Counted from the whole stretch's first letter, positions 24,846 through 39,230 are shown. The stretch: DNA of 63,442 bases, filler included, from Octopus bimaculoides (GCF_001194135.2; 7 parts of 6 records of this genome joined end to end with filler, not necessarily neighbours in it), one strand, 5' to 3'. Notes: generated by a model not told the origin, from the sequence alone. Made by a program: numbers and translations.

Positions 24846-27800
24846 GAACACGAAGAAATAAACAGATATAGACATAATCCTTTCTGTTATAGGCACAAAG
24901 CCTCACATTTTGGGGGAAGGGGACTAGTCGATTACATCGGCCCAAGTGTTTTNNNNNNNNNNNNNNNNNNNNNNNNNNNNNNNNNNNNNNNNNNNNNNNN
25001 NNNNNNNNNNNNNNNNNNNNNNNNNNNNNNNNNNNNNNNNNNNNNNNNNNNNNNNNNNNNNNNNNNNNNNNNNNNNNNNNNNNNNNNNNNNNNNNNNNNN
25101 NNNNNNNNNNNNNNNNNNNNNNNNNNNNNNNNNNNNNNNNNNNNNNNNNNNNNNNNNNNNNNNNNNNNNNNNNNNNNNNNNNNNNNNNNNNNNNNNNNNN
25201 NNNNNNNNNNNNNNNNNNNNNNNNNNNNNNNNNNNNNNNNNNNNNNNNNNNNNNNNNNNNNNNNNTATATATATATTGAGAACACGTGTTTGTGCATATT
25301 TTATACGAATGCTCAGACACATACGTATTTTTGTTTTCTTTCTTTTTGTGCGAAAATGTGAATTTGTGTGTGAATGTGTGAATGATAAGAGATTAAAATT
25401 TAGTCCTATGAGGTCATTACAATGTTGACCTTCAGTCAACCAATTAAAACTTGCGTTACAAAAAAACTAGTGTCAAGTACCAGCCACACCAGCTACCCGC
25501 CGCTGAAACCTACACGCACAAACGCACACACAAATACACACACACACACAAGTATATACATATTCGTTAACATCCACATATTATATACACATTGACACAC
25601 GTAAAAACTAAAGATTTACACAAAAAAATCGGAAATTTGAGGAGAAAAATAAAATAAACAAACAATATGAATAAATAAATAAAATAAAGAATACACGAAG
25701 AAAAATAATAAAAAAAAGCTTAAGTAAAATATAAATAAAAGAGCAATTTTTCGAGAGGAGGAAGGAAAACGTTTGTAATGAGACACAAGGAGATATCTTA
25801 AATGTTTGGATTGTAGGTTCGCGTTCTGGGTGTCTTTGTTTGAGTGACCACTGTGTTTGTTTTATCTATTTTTTCTCGTTTCAGTCAAACTGCGGCCATG
25901 CTGGGGCATCGTCTTGAAGAATGAATAGACCATAATACTTATTTCTAAAGCCTGGCACGCATTTTATCGGTATCCTTTGCCAGACTGCTATTTGAAAGGG
26001 ACGTAAAATACATACCAACACCGGTTGCCAAGTTGTGGTGGGGGACACATACACACACACAAACACACATACATAAAATATGAGAGAAAGTAATGGAATT
26101 TACGAAATACTTTATTAATCACTACGATCGTTTCGACCCATCGTGCATCGGTCGCTCGTGGGTGAGATTGTCTACATTTTGTTGTGGTGCATCATTGGCG
26201 GCAATGTGTCTCATAAGGTGACTTTTCAAAAAGTACCTCGTTTCTTAAACTCCGTTTCACTTATTTCTATTATACCCAAATTTAAATTTAAATTATAAGA
26301 GGATGTTCTTGAAGCAGAGAATGTGAACTTACGAAGACAATACTTCCATATCACCTAAGGTAAAACAACTATATCTCGTAATGCAGGGAAATTGTAGCGA
26401 TTAAAGAATAAATCTCCAAGCATCTTGTTGACTAAATTTTTCAAGCATATATATATATATATATATATANNNNNNNNNNNNNNNNNNNNNNNNNNNNNNN
26501 NNNNNNNNNNNNNNNNNNNNNNNNNNNNNNNNNNNNNNNNNNNNNNNNNNNNNNNNNNNNNNNNNNNNNNNNNNNNNNNNNNNNNNNNNNNNNNNNNNNN
26601 NNNNNNNNNNNNNNNNNNNNNNNNNNNNNNNNNNNNNNNNNNNNNNNNNNNNNNNNNNNNNNNNNNNNNNNNNNNNNNNNNNNNNNNNNNNNNNNNNNNN
26701 NNNNNNNNNNNNNNNNNNNNNNNNNNNNNNNNNNNNNNNNNNNNNNNNNNNNNNNNNNNNNNNNNNNNNNNNNNNNNNNNNNNNNNNNNNNNNNNNNNNN
26801 NNNNNNNNNNNNNNNNNNNNNNNNNNNNNNNNNNNNNNNNNNNNNNNNNNNNNNNNNNNNNNNNNNNNNNNNNNNNNNNNNNNNNNNNNNNNNNNNNNNN
26901 NNNNNNNNNNNNNNNNNNNNNNNNNNNNNNNNNNNNNNATATATATATATATACAACGGGCTTCGTTTAGCTTCCATCTATCAAATCCACTCACAAGGCT
27001 TTGATAGGCCCGTGGGTGTATCAGAGGACGGATGCTCAAAGTCTCACACTGTGGGAACTGAACTCAGAACCATGTAATTGGAAAAGAAGTTTCTTACCAC
27101 ACACCCATCCCTGCGCCATTTTTTGTGGACTAATTGTTGCAATCTCTCCTCCCCGCCCCCGTCAATTTCCTCTGCTTTTCCGTTGTTATTCTAGAAGTAT
27201 CTTCAATCTCCCGTTTTATAACTTTATTTATTTATTTATTTATTTGTCCCCCGGTTTATTTCTTAGTTCCTTCGAAATAAGACCCCTTGCAAACCCACCG
27301 CGTCACAGAAAATAAAAATGATAGTAATAAAACGGAAGGCTTCTTTCCCCTGTTATTTTAAACTTTCTATCTCCTGTCGCATTCCAACAAAAAACAACTG
27401 CGGCAACAAAATATTTTATGGTCGCTTTTATCAATGTTGACATGAAATGAAACCGTTCCCCTCTTGTCATGTTTTAGGATGGGCAACATAGAAAGAACGC
27501 CCCTTCCTAATTTGGCGGTGGATATCAGTAGAAGGTGAAGTTAGTGTTGTTGTTGTTGGTGGTGTTGTTTACACACAGGTCAACCCGGACTTACGATCAA
27601 AGGTGTCACAGCTGAGACCGTCACGCCCTGAAACTTTCAAGCATAAACATACAAACAGATAGACGTGTGTGTGTGTGTGCGTGTGTGGTAAGTAGCTTGC
27701 TTCCCAATCAAATGATTCAGGGTTCAGTCCCACTGCATGACATCTTGGGCAAGTGTCTTCTACTGTAGACGAAATTCTTGTGAGTGGATTTGGTAGAGGC

Positions 27801-28557
27801 AAACTGAAAGAAGCCCGTCATGTGTGTGTGTATATATATATATATATATNNNNNNNNNNNNNNNNNNNNNNNNNNNNNNNNNNNNNNNNNNNNNNNNNNN
27901 NNNNNNNNNNNNNNNNNNNNNNNNNNNNNNNNNNNNNNNNNNNNNNNNNNNNNNNNNNNNNNNNNNNNNNNNNNNNNNNNNNNNNNNNNNNNNNNNNNNN
28001 NNNNNNNNNNNNNNNNNNNNNNNNNNNNNNNNNNNNNNNNNNNNNNNNNNNNNNNNNNNNNNNNNNNNNNNNNNNNNNNNNNNNNNNNNNNNNNNNNNNN
28101 NNNNNATATATATATATATATAGTTGTGTGTATATATATACATATACATAAAATCAAAATAAGCAACAAGGATATTCAAAGTTAATGCAGTACGATCGTT
28201 TCATGCGACTCCATCTATTTAAGCAATGATGGTCTTTCAGTTTCTGTCTACCAAATCCACTTCAACGCTTTGGTCAGCCGGGGGCTATAATAGAAAGCGG
28301 TTGCCCTGGGTGACATGCAATGGGATTGAACCTGAAGCATTGTGGTTGTGAAGCAAATTTCTTTACAGGACAGACTTGTCTACGATGTATTTACACTTAA
28401 CATAGGCGCACCAAGATATACAATGGGAATGACCTCATTCTGAAAAAACATACGTACGGCAGAACAATATTATGCATTTATAGTGAAACATGAAATACAT
28501 GTGCACACATCAACAAATGTACACATACATATACATCCCTTCACATATATACTACGC

Positions 28558-28593
<36 letters not shown>

Positions 28594-29005
28594 CAGATTC
28601 ACTTAAAAATGTACAGATACTGACCCAGATCGATCCGTGTTTGGTGCTCCAGCTTGGCTGCTAGACCTGATGTCTATAACAGACCTAGAAACACAGAAAA
28701 ATTTTACATCTGCACCCGTATGCAACCGCTCATGCTTGCGTTTGTCTTGACGGCAATATCCGATATCACAACTCGCTTTAGAACCATATGCTACTCCTTT
28801 CCTCTTTATATATACGCATTGTTATACATACGGACTTACAAATACTCGAACTTGTCATACGCATTAACGATTTTAACACGCTTTCAAACAAACATTTGCA
28901 CACATACCACAAACACATTCACTCAGAAAATGCAAACTATATGCGTACAGTTCTGTGTCTGCCTCTATATACATATATTTTTATGCAATTCTTCATGTGT
29001 GTGTG

Positions 29006-29045
<40 letters not shown>

Positions 29046-30013
29046 AATATATACGTGTACATACATATATAAATTCTGGCAATTATATACACCAAATAAA
29101 TCCATATCAGAAACAAATAGACATCAAAATTAACAAATATTCTCCCATTCTCATTTTTCTCCCTTTCTCTTTCCCTCTCTGTCACTCTATCTCTCTCTCT
29201 CATACATACACACACACAATAATACACACACATACAAAATCTCACTTACACACACACACACAACTACACACGAGAAACTCACGCTCAAAATCTTACACTG
29301 ACATACACGTAACGCGTTTCCCTTCATGTCATATACAATGCTGTAAGTATCCATGTAATAATAGCGCATGAACGAGAAACGCACGCAAACGCATGCATAT
29401 ACACACGTACACATTAAACAAATCATACTCATATATCTATTATACAGAGACGCCACAAATAGATAGATATAGATGTACGTGCTTCACTCAGAATCGTCTG
29501 CTTTACAATGGCGTCGATAAAATATATGTATATATATATGATATTTTTTTTCAAATACAGAATAAAATAGGAGAGAGCTTTAAATGCTAAAGATTATTGA
29601 TTGGGTATTTTTTTCTGAAGAACTAAAGTTGAGATCGAAGGGTAAAGGTCACGTGGCAACCATCAAAGATCGGAGGTTATGTATGAGTAATCTGCATTGC
29701 GTTCAGAGGTTTGAAATTTGAAAGGAGGAAGCGACGAACAACCATACGTTTTTGATACATACATAAACTTATGTATATGTATGTATGGATATATGTATGT
29801 ATGTATGTAATATGTATGTGTGTAGACAGAGGGACATATTTATATACATATATACACACACACACACACATATATATACATTATATTTATATTCATTTAT
29901 TTACATTTTTATATACATGTACATATATTTGCGTCATATCTGTACATATATGCCTGTATACACATGTATATGCATATATGTTCATGTATGTACAATTCGC
30001 ATGTACACATACC

Positions 30014-30077
<64 letters not shown>

Positions 30078-30127
30078 ATGTATAAGTGTATATATATATA
30101 TATTATGTATATGTATGCATATATATA

Positions 30128-30167
<40 letters not shown>

Positions 30168-30272
30168 GTAAATATGTGTATAAATATGTATATATATATG
30201 TATGTACGTATATATATATGTGTATATATATATAAATATGAAAGTACTTATATATATAAATATGAATGTAGT

Positions 30273-30317
<45 letters not shown>

Positions 30318-30742
30318 ATACATATATGTAAATATGTGTGTATAGATAAATAGATAGATAGTTGTGTAACACATTTTCGAATGTATTGACTCACACGGCC
30401 ACTAATCAGGCCACTTGCGCTCCTTCAGGCGCCACATAAAGGATCGCAAGCCATGAAGACCTCTGAGTAACAACCGTTTGGATCAACAGCTTCCAAAGAA
30501 TAAACATGCCCTACTCTATATATTGGCCATAGTTCTTCCGATTTTTATACACTCGCGTATACGCACACTTATATATACGTGTATATGTGTTTGTGCGTAT
30601 ATATCCACATAGCTGCTAAATCTCAGAGGAGCAACCTCGAAAATTTATCTGCAGTTATAAAATTGGTTTAAAATTGTGGCGCAATGCCTGCAATTTAGGG
30701 GGAGGGGCTAAGTCGACTTCAGTGCTCAACTGAAACTTATTA

Positions 30743-31340
30743 TACAGGGTTGTCATGAAGTCACGCATCATCCTGCAGTATGTGAAATCGCTAACGTTAT
30801 GTCTTTTCACCACTGCCGATATTACTCAAAAACCAATCCTCATTGGATGGAGGCAGAAAAATCAACAAGGAGGGAGCAAAGTAATGGTGTGGGGTGGGAT
30901 TTGGCACAATCAAGTAATTGGACCATTTTATTTTGAGGGTTCTGCGACTGGTGATTCGCAACAAGCTGATGCCTCACGTGCATTCACTTGGAAAGGGAAA
31001 TCCTGTCTGGTCTCAGCAGGATGGGGTTTCGCTCCATTATGCATTACAGGTTCGTGATTTTCTGAATGAAAATCTTCCAAGGAGATGGCTCGGGCGGGTC
31101 AATTGGATGGGCACCACGGTCGTCAGATTTAAATCCCATAGACTATTTCGTTTGGGGCTACATTAAATCCCTTCTGTATTCTGAAAAGATTCATGGCCAA
31201 GGACATCTTCAAAGATTTGTTGAATCGCGTGAACAAGTGAACGGCAATGAACAGCTATTTGAGAAGGTTCATCGCAATTTCAAATTCTATCCATCTATAT
31301 AAATGTGTGGAGAAAGAATTGGGAAAAAATTTCAATTGAA
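30743..31340 (+). mobile_element. IS630-Tc1-mariner transposase relic with left TIR-like end
   Basis: TA|CAGGGTTG start; KVMVWGGI, QQDG...H and WAPRSSDLNPIDYFVWGYIKS across frameshifts. Confidence 0.78.
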
Positions 31341-31479
31341 TGTTTGAAAGAATTTATTTTGTTGGTCTCCAATTGAAATAGCTAATTAATTTCAGTTAAG
31401 AATCTTTCAGAGAATCTTTCAGGAAGTATGGCATTTTTGAAGCTATGGATCTTTGGATCGATACTAACCATTTTTGTTG

Positions 31480-31660
31480 GTTGCGCCGCGACCCACGTGA
31501 CTCGAGTCTGGCCAATTATACCTCATTTCCAACTCAACAAGGAAACAACAATAGCAACATCAACACCAAAGTACAATATTTTGTGTTTTTTTCCTTGCAA
31601 TTTTTGTTTAGCATTTAAACGACAGAGAGACGGATAATTTCCAAGATGGCAGCAAAAGAG
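31480..31660. promoter_or_regulatory. Candidate promoter patch (E-box, CCAAT, YY1-like)
   Basis: CACGTGAC, TGGCCAAT and CAAGATGGC occur within about 160 bp. Motif evidence only. Confidence 0.28.
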
Positions 31661-31961
31661 AAAATTAAACGAAGATGTAACATGACTGAAAGCCACAACA
31701 TCAAAGAGTCGCAACTCATTCAGAACGGAAAATCAACAACGACACCAACATATCTCTGGACACGGAGTCTGGTCTTGTATCGAATTGACACACCGAAATC
31801 AGTGATGCAAAGAGACAGACGCAGACACAACACACACACAGACACACACACACCCGTACATACACAAATAAACATGCGCAGATGTACACGTGTAATATAC
31901 ACAAACGCACACATACACATATATTAATGCATGTGTAAATTTATTTTTATAAATATATATA

Positions 31962-32014
<53 letters not shown>

Positions 32015-33676
32015 NNNNNNNNNNNNNNNNNNNNNNNNNNNNNNNNNNNNNNNNNNNNNNNNNNNNNNNNNNNNNNNNNNNNNNNNNNNNNNNNNNNNNN
32101 NNNNNNNNNNNNNNNNNNNNNNNNNNNNNNNNNNNNNNNNNNNNNNNNNNNNNNNNNNNNNNNNNNNNNNNNNNNNNNNNNNNNNNNNNNNNNNNNNNNN
32201 NNNNNNNNNNNNNNNNNNNNNNNNNNNNNNNNNNNNNNNNNNNNNNNNNNNNNNNNNNNNNNNNNNNNNNNNNNNNNNNNNNNNNNNNNNNNNNNNNNNN
32301 NNNNNNNNNNNNNNNNNNNNNNNNNNNNNNNNNNNNNNNNNNNNNNNNNNNNNNNNNNNNNNNNNNNNNNNNNNNNNNNNNNNNNNNNNNNNNNNNNNNN
32401 NNNNNNNNNNNNNNNNNNNNNNNNNNNNNNNNNNNNNNNNNNNNNNNNNNNNNNNNNNNNNNNNNNNNNNNNNNNNNNNNNNNNNNNNNNNNNNNNNNNN
32501 NNNNNNNNNNNNNNNNNNNNNNNNNNNNNNNNNNNNNNNNNNNNNNNNNNNNNNNNNNNNNNNNNNNNNNNNNNNNNNNNNNNNNNNNNNNNNNNNNNNC
32601 TGTATGGTGTATATATTGTATACATATGTATATATATATATATATATATATGCATATGCATGTGTTTATCTGTATGGTGTATATATGTGTATATATGTAT
32701 GTATATACATATATATGTTTATATATGCGTATATACGTATGTATGTGTGTGTATGTATGTGTGTGTATGTATATATTGACGGTATTAGAACACAAGGTCT
32801 CGTAACTATCGTCATAATCACCATCATCATCATCATCATCGTCATCATCGTCATCATCATTATCATCACCATCATCATCATCATTATGAACGATGTAGAT
32901 GCGTATATGACATATTTTTGCATCACTCTATCAATCATGGAGAGGTGAAGATTGAGAGATCGATAGTTATTATGTTTTCTTAGCGCACACGCACACACAC
33001 ACACACACCCACACACACACACTCGCACTATTCGCCTCTACCATTTCTAAGTGCACCATCATCCGCAACACTATCAATATAAAGAACAACAGCATCATGA
33101 AGCACCAAAAACCCGATAACAGCATCGTCACACTCCCATTAGCACCAACTCCTCCTGTCATTCCCATCAACGCAAATAACACAACCAACATTTATCTTCA
33201 CACCAAAGCCAACATCATCGAACTAAATAGAAAAAAATCTCGAATGACACCCTGGCATTTTAATAATATTGGAATATACAGCAGGAGCTAACACTGAATA
33301 TATATATCAGAAATAAATAGAAAAGAATGGTTGTGGTTTCCATGATGTTTCAACGATGTGCTTTTGAGAGAGAAGTACTTTTGCAGAAGAGGTGCCGAAG
33401 TTGACAGACGACAGCAAAAGTTGTAAACCTACAAAAAGCGAATCTTAAAGTACTAATAAAAGGAAATACTGAACAAAGTCCATGGAAGCCTCGCAGAACC
33501 GGCACCAGGTGTTGTTACTTTGAAAATGCTCTAGAAAAATGCTCGACTTTAAAGTGGAAGAACTGTGATATTAGCAAAAGTGGCCCAACAAGGAATACAT
33601 GTTCGGATACGTAATGCTTCACTCATAGATAGGAACATACATACATATATATATATATACACATATATACATTTAT

Positions 33677-33811
<135 letters not shown>

Positions 33812-34229
33812 CGCATACAGAGATGCATAGGTACACACACACGTAAATACATACATAGACACGCACAAATGCATGATCTAGAAAAAATCTCGAAACTTCT
33901 GGAATGCGTCACCTACATGCATAAATATATATAGAGAGATAAATAGATAGATAGATACATAGATACATACATACATGAATATATACTTACATATGTATAT
34001 GCATGCACAATACATGAATATACAGGCATATATACATACACGTATACATACCCCTACATATCTACATACATACAAGCACTCATACATGCATACATTGATA
34101 ATGTATGCACACAAACACACACACACACACATATATATATACAGTCAAATACACATACACGCATACATAGCCCCTACATATTTATATATATATATATATA
34201 TATACACACGTCAATACACACAATGAAGA

Positions 34230-34425
34230 TCACGCACTTCCGCTAAAACACGAAAACCGAACCCTTTTACAACCCTTCCCGCGTCCTCTGCAGTCTGACG
34301 TTTTCCAACCGGAAGTAGGGGGGGGGAGAAAAGAACCAAATAAGTAATATACAACTAACTAAAACAAAACAATGAAGTATACGTATATACAAATAAATAA
34401 AACAAAGTAAAACCAAGATCTACAA

Positions 34426-34457
<32 letters not shown>

Positions 34458-34560
34458 AATGAATGAAAAAAAGCAATAAAGAATGAAATATTGGGCCTTC
34501 GCCACCCACCAACCCCCGCCCTGAAACCTGTCCTGTCAAACTCTGGCACCTTACCAGAAA
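34230..34560. promoter_or_regulatory. Candidate promoter/enhancer patch (ETS motifs, CRE half-site, GC box)
   Basis: CACTTCCG at 34235-34242, ACCGGAAGT at 34308-34316, TGACGT at about 34296 and CCCCGCCC at about 34514, in a locally CpG-richer patch. Motif evidence only. Confidence 0.3.
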
Positions 34561-34863
34561 ATGGTCAGGTGAAGTATCTTCGGCAATAATGGTCTAAAAT
34601 CTATGAATATAAACGAACCATATTGTTGGCTTTTGGTATTGTTTCGTTTAGGAACCGACTAGTTTTTGTTTAAGTGTTGTCTTTGTTTTGATTTATGCGT
34701 GTGTAGATACGTGTGTATATATATATATGTGTATGTGTGTGTGAGTGTGTGTGTGAGTATATGTGTATATATATGTATTTATATATGTATACGTGAATGT
34801 GTATGTATGTATATATAAATGTGCTTATGTTTGTTATCATATACGTGAGCGTGCGTATATATG

Positions 34864-34898
<35 letters not shown>

Positions 34899-34912
34899 AT
34901 GAGTGTGTGTGC

Positions 34913-34958
<46 letters not shown>

Positions 34959-35529
34959 TTGTGTTCATATCTTTTGTTCATGATTTTTATTGATTTTTCA
35001 TTCAGCATAGTAATTGTAGCAGCTGCAGCAGCAGCAGCAATCGCAGTGGCAACAGCAGCAGCAGCAGTAGTAGTAGTAGTAGTAGTAGTTTCTAGTTTAT
35101 GCTGAAGCTCAACAGATTTGAAGAGAGGAGATAAGTTAACATCATGGATCCCAGTAATTAACGTGGTACTTTTTGGTCTTAACGAGCTCGAAAGAATGGA
35201 AAACCTTTGCATAGATTGAACTCAAATAATCAGGAGTTTCAACAACAGCAATGCATAGAAGAGGAGAATCCCCAAACGAAAAAGAGCAAAGCATAAAGAA
35301 AGCGAAGAATTTTAAACACGGATATTTTCTTAAAGGGGGAAATGGGAGAAAAATATTATTTTGGTAAAATAGACACAGGCGTTGCTGAATGGTAAGAATT
35401 TTGCTTCCCAGGCATATGGTACCAGGTTCAGTCCCCCACGGCGTGCTGCACTGGGCAGAGTCTTCTACTATAGCATCGGGCCCACCAAAGCTTTGTGAGT
35501 GAATTTGGTAGCTGAAAGAAGCCCGTCGA

Positions 35530-35565
<36 letters not shown>

Positions 35566-36789
35566 TATTTATTTTATTCTTTTACTTGTTTTAGTCATTT
35601 GACTGTGGCCATGCTGGAGCACCGCCTTTTAGTCAAAGAAATCGACCCCTGAACTCATTCTGTATAAGAGACATGAAATACCAATGGTTTATAGTTGGTT
35701 TGGTCAAACTATCATGCGTGTGTTTATTTTGACATAAAATATCCAGAAATTGACATACAAATTGACTACCTGGCCAAACATTGGCAGTTACAACTGTCAG
35801 TCTTTGATAGCTGAAATGATAAGATTTGATTAAAATTTCAAATGTGAAGTGATGAAACATGAAATATTTACAAATTTGACATCTAAAACAGCGGAAACTT
35901 TGACAACATATGCTCCAACTTTCACGACAAAATCAACAACAACGGTAGGCTTGCCTCTCGTTATTAATATCTGTTGTGAGTAGGGGATGGAAAATGTGTC
36001 AGAATGGTAAAGTCTGTCGAAAACTTTAAAAAATAGAAAAGACACCTAAACTTAAGTGGACACTCGGAGAAGGTGTATTGAGCATGCGTCAAGAATTCCA
36101 TTTCTTCCTGATAATATACGGGGTTTAAAGCGTCTGACATGAAATGATTAATGACTGACGATCTAAGCGGCATGTGAAACTAGAATTTCAAAACGTGGAC
36201 ATTATTTAACATTTTGTAAGTAGACTGATCAAATATTGATGATATAAAGGGATCAAATTTGAACTGTAAAAAGATAAAATTTGATATTTCAAAGTGCTAA
36301 AATATTTGATAGGCTCCAATTTTGACTTGAAAAATAACCAAAATTTGATATCTGAAACAGACTAATTATATGTATTAGGTTGTCAGATGAATTCGTCCTT
36401 TTCCTTTCTACATGGCACATACATCGTCATATGTCTTAAAAGAGAGAAAATTTATTCAAATTTCGAAGAGGATAAAGAAAATTTGTAGCGGAATGGTACA
36501 GCTACAAAAAATTCCCATAAAACACAGCCATACGAGCATTCGGGTTCCTTCAATAACAATGAAAAGGATTAAGATAAATCAAAACAAAAAACAAAACAAT
36601 TAATCTGACACTCCAATAGGTTTTTATGAGTGAGTTTTTTTTTGTTTTTTTTTTGGATGTCTCACCAGCAGCAGAGATTCAAGGATAGCCTTCGCGGATG
36701 TGGATGGAGACAGGATATATCCAAGGATATATGTAAAAGTGGAAGTATTAGTTGGATGCGTCTCTTCTGCTTTAAGATACGAGCGTTTG

Positions 36790-36824
<35 letters not shown>

Positions 36825-37071
36825 NNNNNNNNNNNNNNNNNNNNNNNNNNNNNNNNNNNNNNNNNNNNTTAATTAATTAANNNNNNNNNNNNNNNNNNNN
36901 NNNNNNNNNNNNNNNNNNNNNNNNATGAGTATTACTTACTCGGATATAATCCAGCCCCTTGTCAGCTATTTTTTGGCTCAATGCGATGTCTTTATTTCCG
37001 ATGTTTTTGGATAAGTTTCGGAGCAGTGATTTATCGTTCTCACATGTTAAACTACTAAATTAAACTACTAA

Positions 37072-37122
<51 letters not shown>

Positions 37123-37690
37123 ACATGCTGGCACAGAAAGAATACAAGAAAAGACATGACAATCTAGGAAGAATAATCCACTGGGAGCTATGTAGAGAGT
37201 TAAGATTTCAACATACTGATAAATAGTATGAACATGAACCTAGTGAAGTACTAGAAAATAAGAAATATGAAATGTGGGACTTCAACATTCACACTGAGAG
37301 TAATAGAAGCTAGAAGACCTGATTTAGTAGTAGTAGATAAAGGGTATAGAAAGTGCCAAATAATTGACTTTAAAATCCCAAATAATGACAACATTAATAT
37401 AAGTATAGAAAAAAATAGCAAAGTACCAAGACCTAGCCATTGAAATAGAGAGACTATGTGCGGGTAAAATGTGTCCCTGTAGTTATAGGTACATTGGTAA
37501 ATATCCATAAATATCAGAACAGATGACTAGATGAACTAGACAGGAAACCCTGTTTAGTGCAGCTCCAAAAAACAGTGTTATTAGAGACAGCTAGGATACT
37601 TAGGAGGGTTCTCGGCATCTAAGGTTATTTGTATCCCAATGCCAGGATTTTTTTTCCACGGTCTGATTTGTTGAGTGTATATGAAAAAAT
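37123..37690 (+). mobile_element. Second, divergent RLE non-LTR (R4-like) family, decayed 3' fragment
   Basis: Manual translation gives KEYKKRHDNLGRIIHWELC, ARRPDLVVVDK, IIDFKIP, KYQDLAIEIERL and VPVVIGTL, with stops and frameshifts. It lies between TAA-type microsatellites. Confidence 0.75.
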
Positions 37691-37708
37691 AATAATGATA
37701 ATAATAAT

Positions 37709-38087
37709 AACAAGAGCACTCAGAGGGCGCAAACTTCCGCCAAGGCAACACCAACGTCCTCTCAATGATTAGCCAGAGATGATTATTAAAATGAGAATTT
37801 CTGAAATAAACCCGACTGCTCTCACAAAGAAGAATACTAAAAATGAACCCGACCGCTCTCAAAAATTAAGTAATAAAACGGAAAAATAATCCAGAATCTT
37901 TGTCCGGCACCGGGTCGATCCCAAAATATAACCTGATCGTGCTAGTCATGAGGCCAAAACATACCTCAAAATTTGATCCAAATCCATCCAGCGGTTCTTG
38001 AGATATCTTGTCCACGGACAGACAGACAAACAAACAAACAAACAAATGCGACTGAAAACAATACCTTCCCCTTCGCTAATGCAGTGG

Positions 38088-38093
<6 letters not shown>
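37709..38093 (+). mobile_element. HINE/DINE-1/pearl-like non-autonomous Helentron-type element
   Basis: Starts aacaagagc. It has two internal core repeats (aaacccgactgctctc / aacccgaccgctctc), atccatccagcggttcttgagatat, a (GACA)n(CAAA)n microsatellite and a degenerate 3' stem-loop. Confidence 0.6.
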
Positions 38094-38152
<59 letters not shown>

Positions 38153-38153
<1 letters not shown>

Positions 38154-38231
38154 GCACAGCACATACCCAAGGCGCACAGAGCTGCGCTCGGTAGTGAAGT
38201 GAAAGCACATTATAAAAATAAAACTACTGAA
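38153..38231 (+). mobile_element. R4/Dong 3' UTR-only insertion inside (AAT)n
   Basis: The sequence agcacagcacatacccaaggcgcacagagctgcgctcggtagtgaagtgaaagc...actg is flanked by (AAT)n on both sides. Confidence 0.85.
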
Positions 38232-38235
38232 CAAC

Positions 38236-38298
<63 letters not shown>

Positions 38299-38914
38299 TA
38301 TCCAGGGACAGTAGGCTTGCAACTATAGTCCGTATTCGTGGGATGATTACAGTACAATCCGTAATATCCATAGACATCAGCTGTGTCTTAGTTCATGCGC
38401 TCATTTCTTCGGGCGGTATAGCATTAAAGTTGAAAGTAACAAATGTTTAACTGAAGGATATCTATCAATTTTCATAAATCAAATGGTTCATTGGGTTATG
38501 TGAGTAGTTCTGTGTGTATTTGGTAGGAAATGATAGAAGGTGGAGGAAAGAGAGAAATGAATGTTAATGATAAAGGAGAGAGGGAGTGTGTGGTGAGGCT
38601 AGGCTTGTCTTGATATTTATGTGTACACATGTTGCGGTAGTGGTGTAGAACATTGTTTTAACTTTAGTCACAGCAATGTGACTGAAGGAATTAAAATGTT
38701 GTAAAGCCAGGAAGCAAACTTTGTTTTGGTGTTGAAGTTCATTATCTGAGTTGACAAGTGATGTTCCCTTAAAGGGTCCTTTTATTTACATGTGATGGTA
38801 CAGCGATATAGCATAGAGAAATAATGGAGTTTCTTTTTTTTAGTTCCATTAGATGTTAATGACGGTTAAAGTATCTCAGTTTCATAATGTTCTTTTCGAC
38901 TTCTAGGATGGGTG

Positions 38915-39230
38915 CCATGATCTTATGTTTGTATGATATAATTACTTCTGAATGTCTATTAATTATATGTTCCCTGGATGCGATGATCTCCTGGGTTTTT
39001 CTCTTGACATAGATTACACCCCACCGATGTTCTATTGTATGGTCTAGCATTTTTTATTATAGACCAGTTGGTTGTTTGCTCCACTCCATTTTGTTTAAGT
39101 CTCCAACTGAGGTTAGACAATGATGTGCAGTGTCTTTTGTTTTCATTGGAAAACGACGTGGAATGGTTGCTCAGACTTTCTTTTTTTCATGATGTCTCCG
39201 GTTCCACCAATGTACGCATATTTTAGTGTA
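38915..39230 (-). mobile_element. Decayed PLE GIY-YIG endonuclease fragment
   Basis: AYIGGTGDIMK, then a frameshift, then NHSTSFSNENKRHCTSLSNLSWRLK...WSII...YNRTSVGCNLCQEK...INRHSEV...KHK. This is the YIG motif plus the CxxC/His C-terminal pattern. Confidence 0.62.

Noticed and set aside
27478-27534. Plus-strand 57-nt exon-like segment (MGNIERTPLPNLAVDISR)
   Set aside because: Splice signals only, with no recognisable protein family.
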